From an uncultured bacterium (GTDB taxonomy: Bacteria > Desulfobacterota_D > UBA1144 > Nemesobacterales > UBA2774), in contig CAVPJU010000001.1 in the NCBI GenBank assembly GCA_963705505.1, positions 1 to 64,000 of the forward strand: a stretch of 64,000 nt of DNA, in the 5' to 3' direction. Both the position numbers and the translations under genes were made by a program. Below the pieces are notes generated by a model. The model saw only the letters and a list, made by a program, of their open reading frames with translations, did not search any database and was not told the origin of the DNA. This document shows positions 32,285 through 43,219 of this stretch, piece after piece; the stretch's first letter is position 1, and every line of letters starts with the position of its first letter.

Positions 32285-35156
32285 TCCGGCCTGCAAGCAC
32301 CTCAGCGATATGCTTTACATCCCTTCCCGTGAAGTGCTCTATCTGATGCCTGCATGATACGCCCGAGACGGCGATAATTGTCCGTGCGGAAACTCCCCTG
32401 ACGGCGGGGAATAACCGGTCTTCACCGATCGTCCTCGAGACCTCATAGTGCTCGCTCTCATATCCGAAGCTCCCCGCCATGCCGCAGCAGCCCGCGCCGC
32501 TCTCCTTCGCCTGAATGCCCGCGAGCGTCAGCATCTCCATCGTCGCCTCGATTCCCGTAAGCGCTCTCTCGTGGCAGTGCCCGTGATAAAGGACTTCGGG
32601 TGCGTCCTCTTTCCATTTGATATTGAGCCCGCTTTCTCTATTCACCCGATGTAAAAACTCCTCGAGCAGAAATGAGTTCCCGGCGAGTATCCTAGCGTCT
32701 TCGCTCCCGGGTAGTAGGTCGGGATACTCGTCCCTGAACGTGAGGATGCAGCTCGGCTCCGTGCCGATTACAGGAATCCCCTGTCTCACAAAAGGGGCGA
32801 GGAGCGCGACGTTCTTTTGCGCCCTCTCCCTCGCGGGCGTGATCAAGCCCTTGCTCAGCATGGGCCTGCCGCAGCAGACCCTCTCCCGTACGAGAATTAC
32901 TTCAAACCCGGCCGCTTCGAGAAGCTCCACAGCCGACTTCCCCACACCGGGATGGTAAAACGAGACCCACGTATCGTGGAAAAAGACCGCCTTCCTGTTT
33001 GAATTTCGCGCTTTATCTCGCCTCCCGTAGAACCAGTCCGTGAAACTTTCGCGGGACAGCCGCGGGAGATTTCGTTTAGGGTGAATCCCGAGACGTGGCA
33101 GGAGCCCCATTGTGAAGAGGCTTCCGATTATGAGATTCGATAACCGCGGTGTTAGCGAGGCGATACGGCTCATCCCGTGTACGTCCGAGAAAAAACGGTC
33201 GCGGATACTCACGCCGTGCGCGGCATTATAATGGGTGAGGAATTCAGTCTTCATCTTCGCCGCATCGACTTTTGACGGGCACTCCGTTTTACACGCCTTG
33301 CACGATATGCAGAGGTCGAATACGCCGTGCATTTCCTCGCTGCCTAGTGTCTCTATATCAATTTTTCCCGAAAGCACCGCTCTTAACGCATTGGCGCGCG
33401 CCCTCGTCGTGTCTCTCTCGTCTCGTGTGGCCATATACGAAGGGCACATGATCCCCTCGCCGAGCTTCCTGCACACCCCCTGCCCGTTACACATCCCGAC
33501 CCCTTCCGCAAAACCGTTATCGGACGACCAGTCGAGGTGCGTCCTGATTTCAATCGAGCCCGATTTTTTCCCGTATCTCAGGTTCTCGTCGGGCTTGAGA
33601 GGGTCGACGACCTTTCCGGGATTGAATGTGCCGCCGGGATCGAACGCGGCTTTAAGCTCCCTCATCGCCCCGTAAAGCTCCTTACCGAAGAGCCTCTCGT
33701 TTAGATAGCTCCTCTGGAGGCCGTCCCCGTGCTCCCCGCTCATCACGCCCCCGTATTTAAGTGCGAGCTTGAAGGCCTCGTCCATGAGCTCTTTCATTAT
33801 ATGTACGCCCTCTCCCGTTTTCAGGTTCACGAGAGGCCTTATGTGGAGGCAGCCCGCGCTCGCGTGCCCGTAAAATCCGGCCGTCGTCCCGAGCCGTCTG
33901 ATGAGCTCCGACACATCGCGCACGTATTCCGGGAGCGTACCGACGGGCACGGAGACGTCCTCTATGCACGGTATCGGCTTGTGGTCGTCCCTCCTGCTCA
34001 TCATGATCCCGAGCCCCGCCCTCCTCACTCCCCACACGTTTGACTGCTCTTCCGGCCTGAGCGCGAAATTGATTTTGCACCCTACATTTAAAGATGACGC
34101 AAGCGTGTCGGTCTTACTTTTTACCTCTCCTTCGCTCTCTCCGTAGAATTCAACGACGAGAAGGGCCTCCGGTTCCCCCTCGACGAACGAGAGCATGTTT
34201 CTATAACCCGCGTGCGCTCTTGTCAGATTGATGAGCATCGAGTCTATAAGCTCGATCGCAGACGGGTTCCGCTCTAAAATCTTAGGTACAGCTTCCATTG
34301 CGGAGACGATGCTGCCGAACTGAAGTATGGCTAGTCCGGTGAATGCGGGCCTCGGCACGAGATTGAGCGTGAATTCAGTGGCGATACCGAGCGTACCCTC
34401 CGATCCCGCGAGCAGCTTCGCCGGATTAAACGGGGAATCGAGGAAATAGTTGAGGCTGTAGCCGGACGCCCTCCTCCAGTGCTTCGGGAAGTCCCTTTTT
34501 ATCGCGTCCGAATATTTCTCACGGAGAGAGACGAGTTTTTTTAACAGATCGCCTCCGGGTCCGTTCGATTTTATGTGCGGACGAAGCTCGTTTTCGCTTA
34601 GGGCGCGAAGTTCCGTAAGACCGTTTTTACCGGTCAGGATTTTTGCCCCCGCGACGTTGTCCCCCGCCATACCGTAGAGGATGGAATGCGCCCCCGTGGC
34701 GTTATTGCCGACGACGCCTCCCGCGGTCGCTATTCTCACCGTGGACGGGTCCGGGCCGAACATCAGGCCGTACGGTTTCGAACTGTGGTTCAATTGCTCT
34801 ATGTAAATACCGGGCTGCACCCGGGCCGTTCTTGCTTCGGGATTTATTTCAATTACGTTGTTCATGTACTTTGAAAAATCGATGACCAGGGCCTCTCCCA
34901 CCGCCTGCCCTGCCAGGCTCGTGCCTCCCCCCCTCGGGAGTATCGCGACACCGGATTTTACGGCGATCTCGACGGCATTCGAGACATCCTCTTCGGTGCG
35001 TGGTATAACCACGCCGACGGGCTCTATCTCGTAATTGCTGGCGTCCGTGCTGTAGAGTGTCCTGCTCAGTCGATCAAAGCGCACTTCGCCCGTGATGTCC
35101 TTTTTCAGCAAAGCTTCGAGTTCGGATCGAGTGCGTGTTCCGGACGTATTCGGCAT
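32265..35156 (-). CDS. FAD-binding and Fe-S-binding oxidoreductase (GlcD/GlcF fusion, D-2-hydroxyacid dehydrogenase-like)
   Basis: RGGGTSLAGQ, GSEGTLG, GHASAGCLH, SGEHGDG, CNGQGVC, CISCKACKTECP, CCG domains. Confidence 0.9.
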   Translation of the reverse strand: MPNTSGTRTRSELEALLKKDITGEVRFDRLSRTLYSTDASNYEIEPVGVVIPRTEEDVSNAVEIAVKSGVAILPRGGGTSLAGQAVGEALVIDFSKYMNNVIEINPEARTARVQPGIYIEQLNHSSKPYGLMFGPDPSTVRIATAGGVVGNNATGAHSILYGMAGDNVAGAKILTGKNGLTELRALSENELRPHIKSNGPGGDLLKKLVSLREKYSDAIKRDFPKHWRRASGYSLNYFLDSPFNPAKLLAGSEGTLGIATEFTLNLVPRPAFTGLAILQFGSIVSAMEAVPKILERNPSAIELIDSMLINLTRAHAGYRNMLSFVEGEPEALLVVEFYGESEGEVKSKTDTLASSLNVGCKINFALRPEEQSNVWGVRRAGLGIMMSRRDDHKPIPCIEDVSVPVGTLPEYVRDVSELIRRLGTTAGFYGHASAGCLHIRPLVNLKTGEGVHIMKELMDEAFKLALKYGGVMSGEHGDGLQRSYLNERLFGKELYGAMRELKAAFDPGGTFNPGKVVDPLKPDENLRYGKKSGSIEIRTHLDWSSDNGFAEGVGMCNGQGVCRKLGEGIMCPSYMATRDERDTTRARANALRAVLSGKIDIETLGSEEMHGVFDLCISCKACKTECPSKVDAAKMKTEFLTHYNAAHGVSIRDRFFSDVHGMSRIASLTPRLSNLIIGSLFTMGLLPRLGIHPKRNLPRLSRESFTDWFYGRRDKARNSNRKAVFFHDTWVSFYHPGVGKSAVELLEAAGFEVILVRERVCCGRPMLSKGLITPARERAQKNVALLAPFVRQGIPVIGTEPSCILTFRDEYPDLLPGSEDARILAGNSFLLEEFLHRVNRESGLNIKWKEDAPEVLYHGHCHERALTGIEATMEMLTLAGIQAKESGAGCCGMAGSFGYESEHYEVSRTIGEDRLFPAVRGVSARTIIAVSGVSCRHQIEHFTGRDVKHIAEVLAGRINKDAR

Positions 35157-35340
35157 AGGCGCGATTAGTATAACTTGCCGCTCGGTGAAATATCCAATTC
35201 CGGACTCAGGCACAAGGCCGCTCGCCGTTCATAGTTCCGGACATTACAGACTTTAGAAAAATACTGGTATCATAAACAGATTTCAAAAAGCGCCTATTTC
35301 ACAGGCGCGCCGGGTATCGACCGTACACAAAAGACCTTAT

Positions 35341-35994
35341 ATGAAAGTTGCAATTGTTCCCGTAAAAGACCTCTCGAAAGCCAAGGAAAGACTGTCCTCG
35401 ATTCTGCCCCAGGACGTGAGGACAGACCTCGCCTACGCGATGCTTGAGGACGTTCTTACCGCTCTCACCGGTTCAAAGCTCCTCGACCGCATTTTTGTCG
35501 TGACTATGGACAGGAATGCCATAAGGATAGCCGAAGGCATGGGGATCGAAGTCATCGAGGAGACCGAGCAGAACGGGGAGAGCGACTCGGTCGACAAAGC
35601 GTCGCTAATCTGTAAGGATATGGGAGCCGAATCAGTGCTCGTTATTCCCGGCGACGCGCCGCTTATAAAAGCCGAGGACATCGATTTCATTATGGGAAAG
35701 GAATCAGGGTCTCCCTCCGTGATACTCGTCCCTGCGAGGGACAGGATGGGGACGAACGCCATACTCAGGAATCCGCCCGACGCGATCCCTTCACGCTTCG
35801 GTCACGACAGCTTCAGGAAGCACATAGACGAGGCCGGGAAAAGGGACATCCCCGTCGAGACATTTGAGAACGAGAGGGTAGGGCTCGATATCGACCATCC
35901 GGACGATTTAAAAATGTTCGCTTCCGTGAAGAGCGATACCAGGACCTACAGCTTACTTTCCAGAAAGAATATTCTCGCAAAGATTACGGGATAA
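35341..35994 (+). CDS. cofC: F420 biosynthesis guanylyltransferase CofC/FbiD
   Basis: VPVKDLSKAKERLS, PGDAPL, GTNA, FGHDSFRKH, LDIDHPDDL. Confidence 0.92.
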   Translation: MKVAIVPVKDLSKAKERLSSILPQDVRTDLAYAMLEDVLTALTGSKLLDRIFVVTMDRNAIRIAEGMGIEVIEETEQNGESDSVDKASLICKDMGAESVLVIPGDAPLIKAEDIDFIMGKESGSPSVILVPARDRMGTNAILRNPPDAIPSRFGHDSFRKHIDEAGKRDIPVETFENERVGLDIDHPDDLKMFASVKSDTRTYSLLSRKNILAKITG

Positions 35995-36023
35995 ACAATC
36001 CGGCGTTTAAAAATTAGTCCGCC

Positions 36024-37457
36024 TCAATAATTCAGGTTGACGACCATGAGTTTAAGCTCGGTCATCTCCTCGATCGCATACCGCACCCCTTCTTTCCCCA
36101 CGCCCGAGTCTTTGACCCCTCCGTAGGGCATGTTCTCCACGCGAAAGCTCGGGTAGTCGTTGACTATAACCCCCCCCACCTCGAGCGCGCCGTAGGCCTT
36201 AAACGCCTTTTTCATGTCCTTTGTAAATACACCGGCCTGGAGACCGTATCGGGAATTATTGACTTCATTAAGCGCTTCGTCGAAGTCCCTGTACCTCTCC
36301 ACGTGAACGACGGGTCCGAACACCTCTCCCGAGCTCACGTCGCATCTGTGAGGGACTCCCGTCAATACCGTAGGCTCGATGAGCGAGCCGTCCCTCCTTC
36401 CGCCTGTAATGAGCTTCGCCCCGCTATCGAGTGCGTCTTCGATCCACCTCATTATCCTGTCCGCTGACGCCGTATCTATGACGGGCCCAACGTCTGTATC
36501 TTCGAGCATAGGGTCGCCCAGCCTGAGCTTCTTTGTCTCTTCGGTGAACTTGCTCATGAACTTGTCGAAGACCTTTTCATGCACGTACATTCTCTGCACG
36601 GATATACAGCTCTGCCCCGCCTGGTAGAACGCACCCCATGCGTTCCTGCTCGCCGCGAAGTCGAGGTCGGGCGGGTCCTCGTCGATTATCGTCGCCGCGT
36701 TCCCTCCGAGCTCGAGCGTTACTTTCTTTTTAGGGTATTTCCGCATAAGCTCCCACCCTATCTCGTCGCTCCCCGTGAATGAAACCTTCTTTATTCTCTC
36801 GTCGTCTATCACTGCCTCTATCTCGGCTCCGGGCAGGGGCAGTATATTCAGCAGTCCCTCGGGCAGCCCGGCTTCGATCACGACCTCTCCCAGCGTGAGC
36901 GCCGAGAGCGGCGTCTGGGACGCGGGCTTGAGTATCATTGCGTTTCCCGAAGCTATCGACGGGGCGACTTTGTGGGCCACGAGGTTGAGCGGGAAGTTAA
37001 AGGGCGATATCCCCATCACTACCCCGAGCGGGAACCGTCTTGCGAGACCGAACATCCCTTCGTTCCCGGGCGCGATATCGATAGGCACCAGCTCGCCCTC
37101 GGCGAACCTGTTCGCTTCCTCCGCGGCGACCGAGAACGTAATCACTGCCCTGCTCACTTCAACCCTCGCTGTCTTGAGCGGCTTTCCGCCCTCTAAGACC
37201 AGTATCTTGGCGAATTCCTCTTTCCTCTTGCCGATTCCCTCGGCGATTTTTCTCAATATTCGGCTCCGCTCGTGACTGGGGCTCGACCTGAATTTCTCAA
37301 ACGCGCTCTCCGCGAATCCTATCGACTCGATAGCCTTCGCCCGGTCGGGGATGTTTATTATTCCCGCGACCTCTCCGTTATAAGGGCTTTTTATTTCTTT
37401 TTTCTTCCCGCTTTTTAACCATTTCCCGTTAATGAGGTATCCGTATTCCTTAGGCAT
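36024..37457 (-). CDS. NAD(P)-dependent aldehyde dehydrogenase
   Basis: SPFNFPLNL, SFTGS, LELGGNA, AGQSCISVQR, EVFGP, PYGGVKDSG. Confidence 0.93.
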   Translation of the reverse strand: MPKEYGYLINGKWLKSGKKKEIKSPYNGEVAGIINIPDRAKAIESIGFAESAFEKFRSSPSHERSRILRKIAEGIGKRKEEFAKILVLEGGKPLKTARVEVSRAVITFSVAAEEANRFAEGELVPIDIAPGNEGMFGLARRFPLGVVMGISPFNFPLNLVAHKVAPSIASGNAMILKPASQTPLSALTLGEVVIEAGLPEGLLNILPLPGAEIEAVIDDERIKKVSFTGSDEIGWELMRKYPKKKVTLELGGNAATIIDEDPPDLDFAASRNAWGAFYQAGQSCISVQRMYVHEKVFDKFMSKFTEETKKLRLGDPMLEDTDVGPVIDTASADRIMRWIEDALDSGAKLITGGRRDGSLIEPTVLTGVPHRCDVSSGEVFGPVVHVERYRDFDEALNEVNNSRYGLQAGVFTKDMKKAFKAYGALEVGGVIVNDYPSFRVENMPYGGVKDSGVGKEGVRYAIEEMTELKLMVVNLNY

Positions 37458-37686
37458 TTCGCCGCTCCTGTTGTTGTGTAGATTACCGATTATTATAAGG
37501 CTTATTTAAATCTTACTCTATCACGCCTGACCGCTGAAGGGAATTTTTCCGTATTGTATTTCGATTGGATACATTGTCCCCGTGTTGCGCCGGGAGTGAA
37601 CGGGATTGAGAAGTATTAGATACGAATAGGATATTGAGATTTTCAAGGCTGGTGAATTTTAAGGTAGACGCTTAAACACAAATATC

Positions 37687-38520
37687 TCAGATTTCCAGAA
37701 TATCGAGCCTCGCCTTTTCCTTTATTATCCCCTTCTCGTAAGCCCTGTTGAAAAGATACTCTAGCGCGCCTTTGCCCTTTTCCCCTAGCTCCCGCGTGTA
37801 TTCGTTCACGTACATGAGGACGAATTTCTCCCCGACGTCTTCCTTCATCCCGCGGCCGTACTCAAGCGCATATTCGAGCGCTTCGTCTTTATGAGCGAGC
37901 CCGTACTCTATGCTCTCCTTATGGGCCCTCAGTATCTCCTTCTGAAGCGCTTCACCGATGTCCCGCTTCACGACGTTTAAGCCGAGCGGAAGCGGAAGTG
38001 TAGTGTCTTTCGCCCAGAGCTCGCCTATGTCAAAGAGCATCCTGAGCCCGAAATCCTTATACGTGAGCTGTCCCTCGTGTATAAGCAGTCCCGTCTCTAT
38101 ATCTCCCCCGGCGACGGCCGGCATTATCTCGTCGAAGGGCATCTCCACGGGTATGAATCCGTCGGCGTATAAAGAGAGGAGGAGGTATGCTGATGTCAGT
38201 TTCCCCGGGACGCCTATCTCTTTCCCTTCGAGACTCTCCACAGGCTCTTTCGAGACGACTATAGGCCCGTAGCCTTCCCCCATGCTCGCCCCGCAGGAAA
38301 GTATTCTGTAATCGTCCTGCACCTTGAGATAGCCGTGCGCCGATATAGCAGTAACATCGAGCTCTTTATTGAGCGCGCGTCTGTTGAGCGACTGTATGTC
38401 CTCTATCACATGGACGAAGTCGATTCTGTCGGAAACGACCTTTCCCTTGGCGAGCCCGTAAAACATGAATGCGTCGTCCGCATCGGGGCTGTGTCCGAGT
38501 CTCATCGTTATTCTGCTCAA
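37687..38520 (-). CDS. mqnD: 1,4-dihydroxy-6-naphthoate synthase (MqnD family)
   Basis: GHSPDADDAFMFY, DIQSLN, GYGP, LLIHEGQLTY, LPLPLG, MYVN. Confidence 0.82.
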   Translation of the reverse strand: MSRITMRLGHSPDADDAFMFYGLAKGKVVSDRIDFVHVIEDIQSLNRRALNKELDVTAISAHGYLKVQDDYRILSCGASMGEGYGPIVVSKEPVESLEGKEIGVPGKLTSAYLLLSLYADGFIPVEMPFDEIMPAVAGGDIETGLLIHEGQLTYKDFGLRMLFDIGELWAKDTTLPLPLGLNVVKRDIGEALQKEILRAHKESIEYGLAHKDEALEYALEYGRGMKEDVGEKFVLMYVNEYTRELGEKGKGALEYLFNRAYEKGIIKEKARLDILEI

Positions 38521-38544
38521 TTTGTGTCTCCTTTGAGTTTTTCC

Positions 38545-39351
38545 CTATTGAGAATATATTGCAACGCGCGATATCTTTTCGCTCTCTCCCAGTCGGGAGA
38601 GATATTCACTGTATTTGATTATCCCGCGGGTCTCATTTTCCCCGAGGCCGTACCTTATCCTTTCGGTGAGATATTTATAGCATATCGATTCATCGAGTCC
38701 CGTCCTCACCGATTCGAGCTTCGCTATTTTCCCTGCAATGCCGAGTCCGTATTCCTTGGATTGATGAAGGGCGTCCAGGTTCTCCCCGAGCGCTACACCC
38801 TCGTTTACGGCGAATACCGCGTATACGAAAGGCAGCCCGGTTTCCGCAGTCCATATCTCACCGAGGTCAAAGACGCTCCAGCCTTCCGGGGGAGAATGGG
38901 TTATTTCGAGTCCCGTATCACCTATTATCATCCCCGCGTCGACGTCTTTTAAAAAATCGTCTCCCGTGTCCCTCGATATATAATCGGGAGAAAGGTTATG
39001 GAAAATCTGGAGGATTACCTTTAAAAGCGCTGTAGAGCTCTGTGACCTCCTGTCGACGGCGACCCGCTTGATGCCCTCGAGCCCGCCCTTTGCGAGCAGC
39101 ACGACGCTGTCCACCTTTCCGTTGGACGAGATCGAGATGTCGGGTACCGCGGTGTATGTCTTTCTCTTGAGGAACTCTGCGACCGGGATAAGCCCGAGGT
39201 CGATTTCTTTTTTCGACAGCAGCAACGAAAGTTGGGAAGGCGGAGTACGCGTTATATCGAAGTCGTGCCTGATCAGTCCCTGCTCGAGGGCGAACGTAAG
39301 CGGTTTTGCATTCATGAATGAAACAGAGCCTAGCTTTATCACTTTATGCAC
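38545..39351 (-). CDS. mqnA: Chorismate dehydratase (futalosine pathway)
   Basis: VSFMNAKPL, GKVDSV, SQSS, IIGD, DLGEIW..TGLPFVYA. Confidence 0.88.
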   Translation of the reverse strand: MHKVIKLGSVSFMNAKPLTFALEQGLIRHDFDITRTPPSQLSLLLSKKEIDLGLIPVAEFLKRKTYTAVPDISISSNGKVDSVVLLAKGGLEGIKRVAVDRRSQSSTALLKVILQIFHNLSPDYISRDTGDDFLKDVDAGMIIGDTGLEITHSPPEGWSVFDLGEIWTAETGLPFVYAVFAVNEGVALGENLDALHQSKEYGLGIAGKIAKLESVRTGLDESICYKYLTERIRYGLGENETRGIIKYSEYLSRLGESEKISRVAIYSQ

Positions 39352-39434
39352 CTGTGCTATGTAGAGCTAAGGGGTTTATTTTGAGAGTTACGGTTATTTT
39401 ACAAAGATTATAAGGTTACCTGAATTGAGTAATA

Positions 39435-40484
39435 TTAAAATGTGCTCAAATCCCCCTGCCATCTCCTGGGGAGGAATATGCTTTCATACATGCTGATCGC
39501 GTAAGAATCCGTCATGCCCGCTATGAAATCGCAGACCGAGCGCTCGATAGGCTCTCCCTCCCTCCGGTCCTTATTATAATATTTGCGGAGCTCATCCTCG
39601 TTTTCACAAAAGTACTGGTATAGCTCCCTTATAACCTTCTTCGCTTTGAGGAAGTTGTTCTTTATCTTCTCGTTCATATAGACCGTGTTGAAGAGATATG
39701 CCCTCAGCTCCACCATGGCATTTTCCACTTCGGCGCTCGCAGCCACTTTCTCGCCCTCATATTTGAGTGTCTCCGTGATTATATCGGTGACCATCCTGTT
39801 TATCCTTTCGGAATTAGTCCTGCCGAGCGCGCTCACGCACTCTTTGGGAACGTCCTCAATCGTTATGATGCCTGCACGTATGGCGTCGTCGAGGTCGTGG
39901 TTCGCGTAAGCGACGAGGTCTGAGACCCTTACGACCTGGCCTTCCAGAGTCTCCGGGCGGTATTTCGGGTTATCGACCGCTCCCATCCCCTTCGAATGCT
40001 TTGCTATGCCGTCCCTCACTTCATACGTGAGGTTGAGCCCCCTCCCGCCCTTTTCGAGCACATCGACGACACGGAGGCTGTGTATCACGTGCTTGAACCC
40101 TCCGGGGAATATCTCGTTCAGCGCCGCCTCTCCCGCGTGGCCGAACGGTGTGTGCCCCAGGTCGTGCCCGAGCGCGATCGCCTCCGTAAGGTCTTCGTTC
40201 AACCTAAGCGCCTTCGATATGGTCCGCGCGATCTGGGAAACTTCGATCACGTGTGTGAGCCTCGTCCTGTAATGGTCGTCCGTCGGGGAAAGGAATACCT
40301 GGGTCTTGTGCTTCATCCTCCTGAATGATTTCGAATGTATAATCCTGTCCCTGTCCCTCTGATAATCCGTGCGTATCGAGCAGGGCTCTTCGGGCACCAT
40401 CCTCCCCTTCGTCTCCGCGCTGAGCGCGGCGTAGGGGGAAAGTATTTGTCTTTCGATCTCTTCTGATTGTTCTCTTATGTTCAT
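39435..40484 (-). CDS. dgt: Deoxyguanosinetriphosphate triphosphohydrolase-like protein
   Basis: RDRDRIIHSKSFRR..KTQV, RTRLTH, GHDLGHTPFGHAGE, DFIAGMTD. Confidence 0.93.
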   Translation of the reverse strand: MNIREQSEEIERQILSPYAALSAETKGRMVPEEPCSIRTDYQRDRDRIIHSKSFRRMKHKTQVFLSPTDDHYRTRLTHVIEVSQIARTISKALRLNEDLTEAIALGHDLGHTPFGHAGEAALNEIFPGGFKHVIHSLRVVDVLEKGGRGLNLTYEVRDGIAKHSKGMGAVDNPKYRPETLEGQVVRVSDLVAYANHDLDDAIRAGIITIEDVPKECVSALGRTNSERINRMVTDIITETLKYEGEKVAASAEVENAMVELRAYLFNTVYMNEKIKNNFLKAKKVIRELYQYFCENEDELRKYYNKDRREGEPIERSVCDFIAGMTDSYAISMYESIFLPRRWQGDLSTF

Positions 40485-40497
40485 ATGTAACCCCGCC

Positions 40498-41256
40498 TCA
40501 GAGCCTTACCGATATCCCCTTCGAGTCCATGAATTCCTTCGCTTCGTTAATGGAATGCTCCCCGTAGTGGAATATCGATGCGACGAGCACAGCGTCGGCC
40601 TCTCCTTCCTTCACCCCCTCGGAAAGGTGCTCCAGGCTGCCCGCCCCCCCCGAGGCTATAACGGGTATCGAGACCGCCCGCGAGACAGCCCTCGTGAGAG
40701 GGATGTCGTAACCCGATTTCGTCCCGTCCTTGTCCATGCTCGTAAGGAGTATCTCCCCCGCGCCGTAGGACTCCATTTTCCTCGCCCATTCGAGCGCGTC
40801 TATTCCGGTCGGGTTCCTCCCCCCGTGAGTATATACTTCCCATTTCCCCGGGGATACGCGCCTCGCGTCTATCGCCACGACGATGCACTGGCTCCCGAAC
40901 CTTTTCGCCGCTTCCCTGACGAATTCCGGGTCCTTCACAGCGGCCGTGTTTATAGAAACCTTGTCCGCTCCCGCGAGAAGCAGCTGCCTCACGTCCTCGA
41001 GCGTCCTCACGCCGCCGCCTACGGTGAGTGGCACGAAGACCTCTCCCGCCGTCCTCTGCACGACGTCTATCATCGTCTTCCTCTCTTCGTGGGAGGCGGT
41101 TATATCGAGGAAGCAGATTTCATCGGCGCCCTCGTCGCTGTATTTCTTCGCTATCTCGACCGGGTCGCCCGCGTCCCTTAAATTGACGAAATTGACGCCC
41201 TTCACGACCCTTCCGTCTTTCACATCGAGGCATGGAATTATTCTTTTCGATAACAT
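40498..41256 (-). CDS. hisF: Imidazole glycerol phosphate synthase cyclase subunit
   Basis: [31 protein letters not shown]. Confidence 0.98.
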   Translation of the reverse strand: MLSKRIIPCLDVKDGRVVKGVNFVNLRDAGDPVEIAKKYSDEGADEICFLDITASHEERKTMIDVVQRTAGEVFVPLTVGGGVRTLEDVRQLLLAGADKVSINTAAVKDPEFVREAAKRFGSQCIVVAIDARRVSPGKWEVYTHGGRNPTGIDALEWARKMESYGAGEILLTSMDKDGTKSGYDIPLTRAVSRAVSIPVIASGGAGSLEHLSEGVKEGEADAVLVASIFHYGEHSINEAKEFMDSKGISVRL

Positions 41257-41978
41257 TACGAGTACCTTCGAATTGCGTCCCTGAGATCGATACTTCCGGT
41301 ATAGATCGACTTCCCCAGTATCACCCCGTAGAGGCCTATGTTTTCGAGCGTCTTTAATTTGTCGAGGTCGCCTGTACTGGCAATCCCTCCCGATGCGATC
41401 ACGGGGAGGGGAGATGACATGATGAAATCCCTCGCCGCGTCTATATTGATTCCCTCCATCGTGCCGTCCCTGTCTATGTTCGTGTTCAGGATCACGGACA
41501 CGCCCGCGTCGTGGAGCTTACGGAGCACGTCTCCGGTGTCTGCGTCTATGACCTCTTTCCAGCCTTTGACGGCTATCTTTCCGTTCTTCGTGTCGATCCC
41601 GACGGCGATCCCCCCGGGGAATTCATCGCACGCCTTTCTCAAGAATTCATCGTCGGTAAATGCCGCCGTCCCCAATATCACCCTCTTTACCCCCAATCCG
41701 AAGTATTTCCTTACGGTATCGATATTCCTTATTCCCCCTCCGGCCTGAACAGGGCAGGAGACTTTAGCGGCTATAACTTTAATCACGTCGAGATTCTTAG
41801 GCTCTCCGGTGAAAGCCCCGTCGAGGTCCACGACGTGGATCCATTCCGCACCGCTTTCCTCCCACTTCCGGGCAATTTCTCCGGGGTATTCTGAGAACAC
41901 GGTCTCAGTCCCCTCTTCCCCCTTATAGAGCCTGACGCATTTTCCGTCCTTGAGGTCTATCGCAGGGATAATGTGCAT
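41256..41978 (-). CDS. hisA: ProFAR isomerase
   Basis: [36 protein letters not shown]. Confidence 0.97.
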   Translation of the reverse strand: MHIIPAIDLKDGKCVRLYKGEEGTETVFSEYPGEIARKWEESGAEWIHVVDLDGAFTGEPKNLDVIKVIAAKVSCPVQAGGGIRNIDTVRKYFGLGVKRVILGTAAFTDDEFLRKACDEFPGGIAVGIDTKNGKIAVKGWKEVIDADTGDVLRKLHDAGVSVILNTNIDRDGTMEGINIDAARDFIMSSPLPVIASGGIASTGDLDKLKTLENIGLYGVILGKSIYTGSIDLRDAIRRYS

Positions 41979-42662
41979 TTAATTCTCCAGGAGGTACTGG
42001 TTGAACTGCTCTGCCGTCTTCCTCGCTCCCTCTTTTGCCAATTCATCGGCGGTTATCCACTTGCCGCCCCTCTTGAAGAACTTCTCTATCTCAAGCACGT
42101 TCTGGAACAGCGGCCTCTGCGTCTCGGTGAAATATGTCTCCCACAGCAGCTTGCCGCTCTTTGTATCGAGCACCTCTACACTGAATGTTACTCCGGCAGG
42201 AGATTCGACCCCTACTGCAGACCCCTGCCTTTCGTTATATTCCGAAATTACTCCGGTCATGACAGCGTCGACGCCTAGGCTCTTCCCCGCGGCCACGGCC
42301 TGGTCTCTGTAGTACGAAGTGGGGGTTTCTGCTTTTATCTTGGCAAATTCCTTATCCGATTGCTGAAGGGGTGTTATTTTAATGCGGTATGCATCGGCGG
42401 TGAGCGCATCATAGAGGGATACAGTCATGTATCTCTCCTTTTCGGCAACGGCCTCTTTGGGCATGGTTTCCGAGAGCCTGGATTTTGAGCTGAACGGTAT
42501 GAGGGCCAGAGACTTGATTTTCTCCTTCTCAAAAGTCTTCGTCTCCTCTTTTCCGTCCCCCTGACCGTAGGCCTTCCCTGCGGTGAAGAAAGCGTAATTT
42601 CCGAAAATTACGAATAATAACAGGAAAAGAGAGAGCAGCCTGCGTATTGTTGATGATTCCAT
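41979..42662 (-). CDS. Exported hypothetical protein (CsgG/GNA1162-like alpha/beta fold)
   Basis: Signal peptide; LALIPF..LGVDAVMTG..VEVLDTKSGKLLW pattern. Confidence 0.6.
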   Translation of the reverse strand: MESSTIRRLLSLFLLLFVIFGNYAFFTAGKAYGQGDGKEETKTFEKEKIKSLALIPFSSKSRLSETMPKEAVAEKERYMTVSLYDALTADAYRIKITPLQQSDKEFAKIKAETPTSYYRDQAVAAGKSLGVDAVMTGVISEYNERQGSAVGVESPAGVTFSVEVLDTKSGKLLWETYFTETQRPLFQNVLEIEKFFKRGGKWITADELAKEGARKTAEQFNQYLLEN

Positions 42663-42763
42663 CTGTGTATAAATATACAGGAATATAGGATTAGTAAAAG
42701 CGCCCGGAGCGCGCCCTCGTCTCCCGATTTGAATTATCCTCTGATTTAAACATAATAAATAAA

Positions 42764-43177
42764 ATGAACTATTGGCTCGTTAAATCGGAACCTTCTACAT
42801 ATTCCTGGGACGCCTTCGTAAAAGACGGAAGGACTCACTGGGACGGTGTCAGGAATTATCAGGCGAGGAATAACCTCAGAGCCATGAAAAGGGGCGACCT
42901 CGTGCTCTACTACCACAGCGGCGCGGGACCCGGGGTCGTGGGAGTGGCTAAAGTCGTGAAGGAGTCGTATCAGGACCCTACTACTGATGACGACAGGTGG
43001 GTGGCCGTGGACCTTGAGCCCGTCAGGGCGCTGAAGACGGCCGTCCCGTTAGGCGATATAAAAAAGGAAAAGCGCCTTAAGAACATATCGCTCCTCAAAC
43101 AGGGCCGCCTCTCCGTAGTACCCGTTACGAAAGAGGAGTTTGATGTAATTGTTAGCATCGGGTCCACGGGCAAATAG
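42764..43177 (+). CDS. EVE domain protein
   Basis: YWLVKSEP, WDGVRNYQARN, YYHS, RLSV. Confidence 0.95.
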   Translation: MNYWLVKSEPSTYSWDAFVKDGRTHWDGVRNYQARNNLRAMKRGDLVLYYHSGAGPGVVGVAKVVKESYQDPTTDDDRWVAVDLEPVRALKTAVPLGDIKKEKRLKNISLLKQGRLSVVPVTKEEFDVIVSIGSTGK

Positions 43178-43219
43178 CCGTTTTGACATTCTCTCCCCTC
43201 CGAATTATGGTATCTCCCG

